DNA of 57,321 bases from a virus. Its lineage: Duplodnaviria; Caudoviricetes. A program made the position numbers and the translations under genes. How positions within the stretch are numbered: the stretch's first letter is position 1; every line of letters begins with the position of its first letter. The stretch lies in the IMG/VR virus record IMGVR_UViG_3300037502_001747, positions 1 through 57,321 of that record. One strand, given 5' to 3'. Positions 39,357 through 49,200 of the stretch are shown piece by piece. The notes beneath the pieces are model-generated. The model saw nothing but the letters and a program-made list of their open reading frames with translations, ran no database searches and was not told the DNA's origin.

Positions 39357-41794
39357 CCACGACTAAGATCGCCGAGTTTAGGGGCACGCTCCCACGTGTG
39401 GCACCCGAACTACTTCCGGGCACCGCTGCGCAGACTGCGCAGGGCGTTAAACTATACTCCGGCGATCTTATTCCTACCCCGACGCCTGTCGTGGCCGCTG
39501 CGGCGGGCCGCACAGGCACGATCCGAACACTCTACGCGCTGCGCGATCCGGTGACTTCCGAACGCAAGTGGCTGACGTGGGCCAATGAGGTCGACATCGC
39601 CACCCCTGCCGCGGACGAGTTGGGCGAACAGCGGTTCTACTACACGGGCGACGGTGCGCCCAAGGTTAGCACCTACGCGATGGCCACTTCTGGTGCAGCG
39701 CCGTATCCGTCCGCCGGTGGGTACTACAATTTAGGGCTGCCGCTGCCGACCGCGCAGCCAGTAGCTACACCAACTACCTTCTCATCTCTCACGTCGGCCT
39801 CCTTCGCCCGCGACGGCGGTGGCAACGTGACGCTCACGACAAGTACGGCGCACAATCTCAAAGACGGCGCACTCGCCACCATCTCCGGTTTTTCCTACCG
39901 TACGGGTACCTATACTCGGGCCCTGAATACCATCACGGTGACGATTAACAACCACGGTCTGGTGACAGGTACCCGTATCTACATCGAGTTCACGTCTGGT
40001 GGTGCGACCACGAACTCTTACACTGTGACCGTTACCGGAACCAACACCTTCACCGTGACTGACACGGTCTCGGGTACGATCGCCTCAAGCAACTGCCGTT
40101 GGGACATTCGCGATCTCAACATCACTACGACGGTGACGGTCATCAACCCGACGACGATCACGTACTTCTCCCCCGGGGCGCAGGTGGCTACCACTACCAG
40201 TTCCGAAGGTAAGGTCGACCTTGGCGGATTGGTGCAGGCACGCACCTACCTGTACACGTGGTATACCCCATGGGACGAGGAGTCGATCGGGTCCGAACCG
40301 TCGACCGCCATCTTCATCAAGGAGGGCCAGATCGTCACGATCTCTGGTCTGCCTACCGCCAGACCGGCGGGCGACAACTTCATCCGCGGCATCAGGCTTT
40401 ATCGTACCCTAGCTACCACTGCGGATGCGGCGGAGGCTGATTACTTCCGGCTGGCTACCCTGTGGTTCCCGCAGGGCATTGCCTCTGTCAGCCGTACCTC
40501 GGGGGTTGTGACACTCAAGTTCTCTGAACAGCACAAGTTCATTAAGGACGACCGGTTCAAACTCTCGGGCTGCAGCGTGGCCGGTTTCGACATCACGGGT
40601 GGGGTAGTGACCACTACCCCAGACCAGTTCACTATAACCTATGCGCAGGCAGGTTCTGATACGGCTACGACCGCTGCCACTGGCACGGTCTACTACGACG
40701 TGGCGGAGAACCCCCCGACGGATGCCGCACGGTATTGGGGTGATGGGTCCTACGACTTCACCGACGACTTCAACTACCGCAGCCTGACCACCGTACTGGA
40801 CTCCAACGAGTTTGATGCGCCACCTGCGGACCTGCAGGGTCTGACGGTTATCCAGAACAACCTGATGGTCGGCTTTACGGGTAACGACGTCTACTTCACT
40901 GAGCCGAACAAGTTCCATGCGTGGCCAGAGAAGTACAAGATTTCGCTGGAATACAACATCGTCGGGCTGGTGGCGCTGGGCAGCGACCTGCTGGTCATGA
41001 CTGAAGGGTACCCTTACGTCATCTCGGGGTCGGACCCCGCCGTTCTGTCGACCAGCCGCTACTCCACTAACTATCCGTGCCTTAGCAAGCGCAGCATCGT
41101 CCAGACCGATGTGGGTGTTATGTATTCCACCCATGAGGGGCTGGCTTTGGCCTCTTTCACCGGCGGGGTGCAGATTGTTACGGCCCCGGCGCATAGTCCA
41201 GACACGTGGAACGCCGCCCTTGATCCGTCTACTATCACCGCTGTGTTCTATGACAGCCTTTACTTTGGCTCACACAGCACCGGGTCGTTCTTCTACCGCC
41301 GCAGTCAAGACGGTCAGAATCCGGGCGACTTCATCACCTACAACATCACCTTCACGGCTACATGGTTCGACCCGTTGACCGGGGCGCTTTACTACGTGAC
41401 CGGCACCGATGGCGATATTGTCCTATGGGATGATCCGGCGCAGCCCAACTCGGACTACACGTGGAAGTCCAAGGTCTTCGTGTCGCAAGAGCCGTTTAAT
41501 ATGGGCGCAGCGCGCGTGGTTGCTGACTACACCGGTGTGACTGTGTCTCCGGTGTGGAGTGAATGGGACTCCACGTGGATTACGGCCGACGTTACGTGGG
41601 ACGTGGTTGAGCCGGTTACTTTCAAATTGTACGCCAACCGCTCATTGGTCCTGACGACCACGCGTGCCGATAGCGACGTGTTCCGTCTGCCTGCCGGGTA
41701 CAAGACTGACACCTACGAGGTCGAGATTAGCGGTACTGTCCGCGTCCGCGCTGTCCACCTTGGTGAAACACCCACTTCGCTGAAAGGGTCCTGA
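39353..41794 (+). CDS. Tail nozzle/stabilisation protein (P22 gp10-like beta-propeller) with inserted beta domains
   Basis: GTG start; RTYLYTW...ES, FTEPNKFHAWP, YPCLSKRS, YTWKSKVF, FRLPAGY. Confidence 0.8.
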   Translation: MTTTKIAEFRGTLPRVAPELLPGTAAQTAQGVKLYSGDLIPTPTPVVAAAAGRTGTIRTLYALRDPVTSERKWLTWANEVDIATPAADELGEQRFYYTGDGAPKVSTYAMATSGAAPYPSAGGYYNLGLPLPTAQPVATPTTFSSLTSASFARDGGGNVTLTTSTAHNLKDGALATISGFSYRTGTYTRALNTITVTINNHGLVTGTRIYIEFTSGGATTNSYTVTVTGTNTFTVTDTVSGTIASSNCRWDIRDLNITTTVTVINPTTITYFSPGAQVATTTSSEGKVDLGGLVQARTYLYTWYTPWDEESIGSEPSTAIFIKEGQIVTISGLPTARPAGDNFIRGIRLYRTLATTADAAEADYFRLATLWFPQGIASVSRTSGVVTLKFSEQHKFIKDDRFKLSGCSVAGFDITGGVVTTTPDQFTITYAQAGSDTATTAATGTVYYDVAENPPTDAARYWGDGSYDFTDDFNYRSLTTVLDSNEFDAPPADLQGLTVIQNNLMVGFTGNDVYFTEPNKFHAWPEKYKISLEYNIVGLVALGSDLLVMTEGYPYVISGSDPAVLSTSRYSTNYPCLSKRSIVQTDVGVMYSTHEGLALASFTGGVQIVTAPAHSPDTWNAALDPSTITAVFYDSLYFGSHSTGSFFYRRSQDGQNPGDFITYNITFTATWFDPLTGALYYVTGTDGDIVLWDDPAQPNSDYTWKSKVFVSQEPFNMGAARVVADYTGVTVSPVWSEWDSTWITADVTWDVVEPVTFKLYANRSLVLTTTRADSDVFRLPAGYKTDTYEVEISGTVRVRAVHLGETPTSLKGS

Positions 41795-42141
41795 TGGCTC
41801 GCTTTACAGGCATACCCAGTCTGCCGCAGGTTGGCGTCGAGGAGTGGGAGTACCGCATCCTTAGCGCGATGAAGCAGAACATAGAGCTCCTAGTCGGCAC
41901 TCGTGGTGAACAGGACTCCTCTAGCCGCGCCGTGGTAAAATCTGCTATAACCATCGCGAGTGCGCCCGAACCTACGATACGGTCAGTCTCTGCCGTAGGG
42001 GCTGGGTTCACGATTAGCGGCGCGCAAGTGCCGTCTCTGGCGGACTACCAAGCGCTGGTGCGCGATGTGCAACTACTAACGAGTGATGTCGCCCAGCTGC
42101 GCGCGGCGGTTAACACTCTGATCTCGCAGCTGAGGAGCTGA
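41794..42141 (+). CDS. Hypothetical tail-associated protein
   Basis: AMKQNIELLVGTRG; C-terminal coiled coil. Confidence 0.7.
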   Translation: MARFTGIPSLPQVGVEEWEYRILSAMKQNIELLVGTRGEQDSSSRAVVKSAITIASAPEPTIRSVSAVGAGFTISGAQVPSLADYQALVRDVQLLTSDVAQLRAAVNTLISQLRS

Positions 42142-42143
42142 CC

Positions 42144-43565
42144 ATGGCAAAGGGACCAACAACGACCAAGAGTGTCACGGTCAATGGCAAGGTAGTCACT
42201 GATCCGCAGAAAGTTGCGCAGATCGAGCGCAACCGGGAAGGCGCTGCACGGTACGCCGTCGACGCGTATCAGAAAGAAGGCACCCCAATCCCCTCTCACC
42301 TGAAGGGGACCGTGGAGGCGCAGATTGCACGTGGTGACTACAGCACTGGTACGCGCAACACCGGTGGCACTGGGGCTTTTGGGTTGCCTGACCCGATGTC
42401 TGGCGGTAAAATTTCCAGTGTTGCGGGCCTTAGGGTCGGCAGCCAGACAGGTGGCGGCACCGGCGGCAGCCTGTTTACTTCCCTGACCGGTGGCTACACT
42501 GGTATGGCCGACATGATTAATGGCGGCGGTCCGGGGGCGGCTGGTGCCGCCGCCACGCCGGGGCCGAACTACTTTGCGGGACTGGGTGCGCCCGGTACCG
42601 CTCGTGACGATAGTAGCGGTCCGGGGTCGGTCGCTACTCTGGCGCCCGTGGCTACGCCACCTGCCACATCCATCGACAGCGGCAATCAGGGTGGGGGCGA
42701 CGGGCTGAGCGGTGAGGAAGTCAGCCGCCGCAACGCAGAGCGTTCGCGAGTCCCGACCTATGAGGCCGGTGGCTATGTCGGCAAAGGCGGTGTACCGCAG
42801 CGTCCGTCCACGGCATCGCTTGATCTGCCGCCTGCGCTGGCGCGCATGTTGGCTATGCCCACGCAGTCCTATGCTGCAGGCGGGATGGTTGGTCCGGGCG
42901 GTGTGCCGCAGCGCCCGATGACTTCCCCGATGGCTATGAACCTCGCCCAGCAGGGCGGGGCCCCGGTGGTTGGTGTCGCTCCCCCCGGGCAGCAGGGTCG
43001 CCCCCTTAACTTCGCCGCGATCGACCAGCAGGCGCAGCAGTTCATGCAGCAGAACCCGCAGCAGGTGCAGCAGATCAGGGCACAGGTCGAGCAAGCCATG
43101 GCTTCTGGCGAGATCGACGCACAGGGGCTGAACATGTTTGTTCAGATCGCGACGACGGCGTTGCAGAACCCGGAGATGTGGCCGCAACTGCGGCAGGTGC
43201 TGATCCGTCAGGGGATGCTGGATGCCGAAGAGGTCGGTGAAGAGTATGACCAAGGCTTCCTAATCGTGCTCTACATCATCGGTAAGACCATGGGTGGTGG
43301 CCAACCCACTACACCCGCGCCGATGTCGGCCGGACAGTCGCCGCAGATGTCGATGAAGAAGGGCGGCGCGTTGCCTGCCAAGAGCGCAAACCCGGACGGG
43401 TCGATTCCGATCAACGCCCACGAGGGCGAATACGTCATCCCGGCCGACGTTACCCGCAAACTGGGGACCAACCACTTCGACAAGTTGATCGCCAAGGCGC
43501 GCGGCGTGGACATGAACGGCAACGGTGGCAGCACTAGCAGCATGAACGACGAAGGAGAATCGTAA
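42144..43565 (+). CDS. Putative internal virion/ejection protein
   Basis: Gly/Gln-rich; YxAGG repeats; EGEYVIPADV. Confidence 0.7.
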   Translation: MAKGPTTTKSVTVNGKVVTDPQKVAQIERNREGAARYAVDAYQKEGTPIPSHLKGTVEAQIARGDYSTGTRNTGGTGAFGLPDPMSGGKISSVAGLRVGSQTGGGTGGSLFTSLTGGYTGMADMINGGGPGAAGAAATPGPNYFAGLGAPGTARDDSSGPGSVATLAPVATPPATSIDSGNQGGGDGLSGEEVSRRNAERSRVPTYEAGGYVGKGGVPQRPSTASLDLPPALARMLAMPTQSYAAGGMVGPGGVPQRPMTSPMAMNLAQQGGAPVVGVAPPGQQGRPLNFAAIDQQAQQFMQQNPQQVQQIRAQVEQAMASGEIDAQGLNMFVQIATTALQNPEMWPQLRQVLIRQGMLDAEEVGEEYDQGFLIVLYIIGKTMGGGQPTTPAPMSAGQSPQMSMKKGGALPAKSANPDGSIPINAHEGEYVIPADVTRKLGTNHFDKLIAKARGVDMNGNGGSTSSMNDEGES

Positions 43566-44479
43566 TGGGGTTCCTGTCCAAAATCTGGAGGGGCGTTAAG
43601 AAGGTCGTTGGCGCAGTCGCCATGATCGCCGCCCCCTTCATCGCGGCTCCTATCGCGGGTATGATTGGCGTCTCCGGCACCATCGGCACGGCGCTTGTGG
43701 GTGCTGGCATCGGTGGACTTGGTGCGGCTGCAGCGGGGGTTAACCCGCTGATCGGTGCGGCGCTTGGTGGTCTGGGTGCCGGCATCGGTGCCGCTAGGGC
43801 CGCCGGGGGTGCTGGTGGCGGGGGTCTCTTCAGTGGGTTGTTCCGTGGCGCTGCCCCCGCTGCGGGCGCAGCTGGCACTGCTGGTGCCGCGGCCGCTCCT
43901 GCTGCTGCGGGTCTTACCACTGCTGCAACGACTGCTCCCGCTGCGGGTGGGCTCCTCTCGGGGCTTAACCTCAGTAACCTTGCCCCACTGGCGATGACCA
44001 TGTTCGGCAAAGCTCCGCAGGACCTTACCGAGGTCGAGCGACAGAACCTGTTGGACAACGCCGAGATCGCCGCGACTGAGCGTGGTGTGTTCAACGAGCG
44101 TCTGGATGCAGCCCGGTCGTTGCTGCAGCAGGGTGAGGCTAACCCCGAGCAGGCATTTGCCACCGCGCAGATGGCCACCCAGCGTGGGCTGCGGGAGCAG
44201 GAGCGCACCTCAGGTCTGTCCGAGCGCCCGGGTATGCGTGAGGCTGAGCGCCGCCGCGCTGCTATTGAGGGCGCCCGTGTGGGTACTGCCGCTGTCACTG
44301 GGGAGCAGGCTCGTGCCGCGCAGGCCACGGCTGCCGGGCTCTCGGCGCTGCCGACCAACGTCCCGACCAGCGCGTCGGAACTGAACAAGACAATCTACGA
44401 AGACCTGTACAAGCGCCGGGCCGATTACTCACGTGACTTGGCGGGTGCCTTCGGGCAAATGTACGGTAACATCACCTGA
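43565..44479 (+). CDS. Putative ejection (DNA pilot) protein
   Basis: MGFLSKIWRGVKK followed by Gly/Ala hydrophobic helices and a coiled coil. Confidence 0.72.
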   Translation: MGFLSKIWRGVKKVVGAVAMIAAPFIAAPIAGMIGVSGTIGTALVGAGIGGLGAAAAGVNPLIGAALGGLGAGIGAARAAGGAGGGGLFSGLFRGAAPAAGAAGTAGAAAAPAAAGLTTAATTAPAAGGLLSGLNLSNLAPLAMTMFGKAPQDLTEVERQNLLDNAEIAATERGVFNERLDAARSLLQQGEANPEQAFATAQMATQRGLREQERTSGLSERPGMREAERRRAAIEGARVGTAAVTGEQARAAQATAAGLSALPTNVPTSASELNKTIYEDLYKRRADYSRDLAGAFGQMYGNIT

Positions 44480-44491
44480 TAGGAGCCACCC

Positions 44492-46213
44492 ATGGCACAA
44501 GTTTTCGGTAACCGCATTCTCGGTGGTGTCGGCGCTCCGGGCGGCGGCATGTCGCAGGCTTATGCAGAGGGTGTGGGGCTGCGGCTTGACCAGCGTCGGG
44601 CCCGGCAGGCCATGGATGAAACTGCGCAAGCCATGCGGATGCGCGACATCGAACTGCAGTGGGCGACTGAGGACCGCGAGGAGGCCAAGCGCCAGCGTGC
44701 TGCCGCCGCTGCGGCTGCCGCCGCTGCCAAGGCGCGTGAGGCAGCCTTGGCTAAAGAGTTGCTTGCCACCGTTAACACTTCCGCACCCGGACTGGCTGTG
44801 CCTCCGGGCCAGACCTTCGGCCCCCGTGTCTCTGTTGGTGGGGATACGCCCATGTTGCCGCCCTCGGCGAGGCCCGCTGCTCCCACTGTCGGCGTCCGCC
44901 CTAGCGCCCCCTTGTCGTTTGGCGTAAGCGGCGGTGGCGGTGCCGATGTCACTCGTGGTGGTCCGGGCGCGGACATCCTTGGTGCACCTGCGGGCGGTCC
45001 TTCGTTCGAGCGTGTTGGTCGTGAAGTTGGCGCAGCGTCTGCTTCGGATATGGCCGCAACGGCCGCTGCCCGCGCAGCGATGGTTACCCCCACTGCGCAA
45101 CCTGCTGCGGCGCCCCTGCGCCCGGGGTTTGGTCGCGCGGTCACTGGGCTCGAAGGCGGGACCAACGGTTTCCAGCAGCTTATGGATGTTCTGACTACTC
45201 GTACGGGGCGTACCGCGGAAGAGTCTGCCGCTGCTCCTATTGCTGGTCCGTCGTTTGAGGACGCCGGACGTGGGGTTGGTGTAACTTCGCCCGCTGCACC
45301 TGCTGCGCCTGTTGCGGCCACAACACCTGCTGCCGCTGTGGCGGCCGCGCAGTATCCGATCGGGCAGTACCCCACCGCGCCGACGGCGCAGCTGTCGTTT
45401 GGCCCCCAGTTGGGGGCGATCGAGGCAGACCCGAACGCATCCGTGGCAGCCAAGGTGGAGGCCAATCCTCCGGGGCAGGCGCAGCCCACGCCCAACGCCG
45501 AACTGTACATCATGGAGCCCGGACGTCCGGGCCGTGAGTTGCAGCAGGCCATGGACCTGCGCGCACAGTATGTTCAGGCTGCTCAAATCTACGAGAAGTA
45601 TGGGGACTACGCCGCTGTGCGCGACCTGTACAGCAAAATCCAAGAGTTGGACTCAACGCTCTACTACCTGCAGGGTATGCAGGGCCTGCAGGAACTGCAG
45701 TTCAACTCGCCGCAGCGCCTCACCATGGTTCTGAGCGAACAACTCGGTCGCAACATCGGCATCCAACCCAACGCGGAAGGTGGCTACGACATCTACGTCG
45801 ATGGCCAACTGGCCATGAAGAAGGACGCCGGTGGCGGGGAGAACAGTGTGGGCTACTGGGCCCGGTCGCTGCTTGACACCAACTTCGCACAGGCCGAGGC
45901 CGCACGGGCGGACGAGTACAACAAGCTGCGGTACGAGGCTGAGATCGACGTAGCCAAGCAGACTGCGATCGACGCGAACAAGGCGGCCAATGACGAGTGG
46001 CTCAAGCGCGTCGACGCCGACATCGCTGCGGAGAAAGCTCTCCTTGACGCCCGGTTGAACCCGAACGCCATCGAGCTTCAAGTTGACGAGAACACCTCGG
46101 AAGTGCTTGTCTATGACAAGGTCAACCGGCAGATGCTGGGGGTTATCACTAGAGCCGACCCGCTCAACCCGGAAGTACCTCTCAGCCAGCCGACATTCGT
46201 ACCGGCGCAGTAA
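44492..46213 (+). CDS. Putative ejection protein
   Basis: AGGAG RBS; Ala/Pro-rich and helical; between the pilot and giant proteins. Confidence 0.7.
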   Translation: MAQVFGNRILGGVGAPGGGMSQAYAEGVGLRLDQRRARQAMDETAQAMRMRDIELQWATEDREEAKRQRAAAAAAAAAAKAREAALAKELLATVNTSAPGLAVPPGQTFGPRVSVGGDTPMLPPSARPAAPTVGVRPSAPLSFGVSGGGGADVTRGGPGADILGAPAGGPSFERVGREVGAASASDMAATAAARAAMVTPTAQPAAAPLRPGFGRAVTGLEGGTNGFQQLMDVLTTRTGRTAEESAAAPIAGPSFEDAGRGVGVTSPAAPAAPVAATTPAAAVAAAQYPIGQYPTAPTAQLSFGPQLGAIEADPNASVAAKVEANPPGQAQPTPNAELYIMEPGRPGRELQQAMDLRAQYVQAAQIYEKYGDYAAVRDLYSKIQELDSTLYYLQGMQGLQELQFNSPQRLTMVLSEQLGRNIGIQPNAEGGYDIYVDGQLAMKKDAGGGENSVGYWARSLLDTNFAQAEAARADEYNKLRYEAEIDVAKQTAIDANKAANDEWLKRVDADIAAEKALLDARLNPNAIELQVDENTSEVLVYDKVNRQMLGVITRADPLNPEVPLSQPTFVPAQ

Positions 46214-46225
46214 CAGGGCCCCACC

Positions 46226-49200
46226 ATGGCAGATCGCGGACTCTCCTTCACCAACCCGCTGTTCGACTCCATGAACGCCGGGTTGCGAACTCCTGTCGGC
46301 ATTGCCGCTGGCGCACCGTCCAACTCCATCGGGCTTGGCAACCTTGCCCCCAACCGCGCGGACACTGCGGTGCAAGGGGAGCGGGCGGTACCCGGTGGTA
46401 CTGCAAGGCGTGCACTCCAAGCCCTGTCGGCTCCGCCTGCGGCGACTGCGCAGCAGTTCTTCTACCCGGAGACCGGGCAGATTTACTCCGGCGGTCGGTT
46501 GTTCAATCGGGACGATGCGACGTCTGCGTTTGCAGCGCCTCTCGCAGAAGCACCGCCGCCCCCGCCGGGTGGCGTGCCGTTGTCGGCCGAGTCCTATGGG
46601 CGGTACCTGCAGTCGTTCGGTGAGCGCCGGACTACTGGTGAATTGTTAGGGCTGGGCGTTCGGCAGGCGGCCGAGGGGCTTATCGGTGGCGTGGGGGCTG
46701 GGCTTGAACTGGCTGGCGCAACTGAGGTTGGCCCCGCCATTCGTGGGTTCGCGCAGGAAGCCTTTGGTCAGACCGAGAACGAACAGTTGCGGTCGGCGCT
46801 GATCGCCGAGAACAGCACCATGTGGGAGCGCGTCGTCGACGCCTCCATCCAGAGTGGCCCCACTCTGGTGTCCATCATCGGGACCGGTGGTCTTGTCGGT
46901 GCGGGGCTTCGTGCTGTGGGTGCGGGTGCTGCCATGGCTACGGCCGGGGCTACTGCTGGTGCAACTGGTGCCAGCTTCCCCATGCACCTGTCCTCGTTCT
47001 ACGACGCGGCGGAGCGCAACGGCTTCGACCTGACCGATCCGAAGGTTAAGACCGAGATCGTCGGCGGCGCAGTGGCCAACACGCTTCTGGATACGTTCGG
47101 CCCGGGGATGATCTTCTCCACCGCCTTCCGCCGACTGGCAGGCGAGGTTGGTGGGCAGGTCGCTCGTGGTGCACTGAAGAACGCAGCCATTGGTGCTGGC
47201 CGCATCGGGTTCACTGAAGCCCTGACGGAAGGTACCCAGACGCTGCTTGAGTCCGTGGTCTTCGACCCGGAAGTGCGGAGCACGCTGGCGGTTAACGACC
47301 TCAAGCTACTCGCGCCGATGATCGCGGAGAAATACGGCGAGGACATCCTCGTCTCTATGGGTGCGGGTGCCATCCTTGGTGGTGGTGTCGGCGGTGTGGT
47401 TAGCGCACGCGCCACGCCCGGCCCGCAAGAACTCCCGGCTGACAAGCCGGTCGACCTGACCCAGCAAGGGGTTGAGCCTGAAGCCCCGGCCGCACAGCCT
47501 GAAGTCCCAGCCGCAACTGGGCCGCTTGCGCTGCCGTACATCCCGGGTGCCGAGACTATCGGTGCGCGGCCGCGCGATCTGCCGTATATCCCCGTCGCAC
47601 CGATGGGGCCGGAGCAGGTAATTGATCCCAACCGCCCGCTGACACTCCAGCAAGTTGGGCTTATGCGGGGTGCAACTCGGGGCCTGCGCCCCGAAGATCG
47701 TGCCGCTGGCAACATCACTGTGCCGAGCGGTGAGCGTGCGGTCACGCTTGAGGGTGAGGTCCTGCCCCCGGAGACCATGGCTGCTGCACCGCAGGCTGCC
47801 CGCCTGCGTACTCTTGGTGCCCCGGCTGCTGCACCGCAACTGACCCCGCCCGGGACTGGGGCGGCGGACTTCACTGCTGGTCCGGAAGGTGTCGCTCCCA
47901 CCGGCGCTGCTCCCGCTGCGGCTCCTGCCGCTGCTCCCGTTACTCCGGGTGCGCAGCTTCGTGTTGGTGCTGCGCCGCGTCCCGGCATCCTGCCCGCTCC
48001 CCCGCAGGGGGCTATGGCCGACCGGTTGCGCGCGGCTATGGCTGCACGGCAAGAAGCCGAAGCACGGCGTCAGGCGGAAACCACTGCGCAGGAAGCTGCG
48101 ACCCGGGCCGCACAAGAGGTGGCACGGCAACGCGCCACACAGGTCGAAGAAGCCTATGCACAGCGGGAAGCCCAGCGCGCCACGATGTACAGCGCGGAGC
48201 AACAGGCAGCTTATGACCAGCTGACGGCTGAACAGAAAGCCTACGTCGACGCCGACACGGTGTGGGAACAGTTCCGTCCCGAGCAGAGTGGTGTCACTCT
48301 CCGTGACCTTGCGCCCAAGGCGCAGCGCGAGTGGGTCGCTGCCGTCCAGCGGGGCACCGCTGATCAGGCGTTGTACCAGAAGCTGCGCAACCGCCGCCCG
48401 GTGGGCAAGGCAGCCCCTCTCGTGGATGTACCCACGATCCTGCAGGCTGCGCCTGAACCTGAGATGACACCGCCGGAGCCGACGCCGCCCAAGCCCACTG
48501 GTAAGGCCAAGGTCCAGCGCAAAGCCGCTGAGCCCAAGGCGCCCAAGCCGCTCAAGGTGCCCAAAGAAACCCAGCCCTCGGCGGGTAAGCCCCGGGCGGA
48601 GGCAGTCACTGTCGAGTCGACCAAGCGGTCGCCTCGTGGTGCAGAGCCGCACAGGATAGTCACGCTGTCAGATGGGCGCGTCATTCGCATCAAGCACACC
48701 GGCGACAAGTTCGCCGGCTCGTGGACTTTCCTCAAGACTGGCGACGTTATCGGAGAAGGGATCAAGGCCGACGATGCGGCCGCGCGCGTGGCGGAACTCG
48801 CCTCGCAGGGTCAACTCTCCGATGCCGTCGTAGACACTGAGCAGGAGGTGGCGGCTGAGCCGACCAAGCTGAGCGTGGTCGAGGAACTTGAGGCCGACAT
48901 CAACGACTTCATCACGGTGCTTGAGTCTTCCACGGATAAGTTCGACCGCCACGCTGCGATCAGTGGGTTGCAGGATGCTCTAATCGACCCGTCCATCACG
49001 CCTAAACTGCGGACGCGGGTGAAGGACTACCTTGCTGAACTGGGCCCCGAAGTTGCGGCCGGTGATCTGAACGCCAAGACTGACGTCAACACTGCCACTG
49101 CGCAGCTGACGCTTATGATCGAAGACTTCAACGCTGCCCCCGGCGATGTCACCCGCACGTGGCAAGATCAGTTCCGTCGTCTGGTTGCCGCAGTGCGCAA

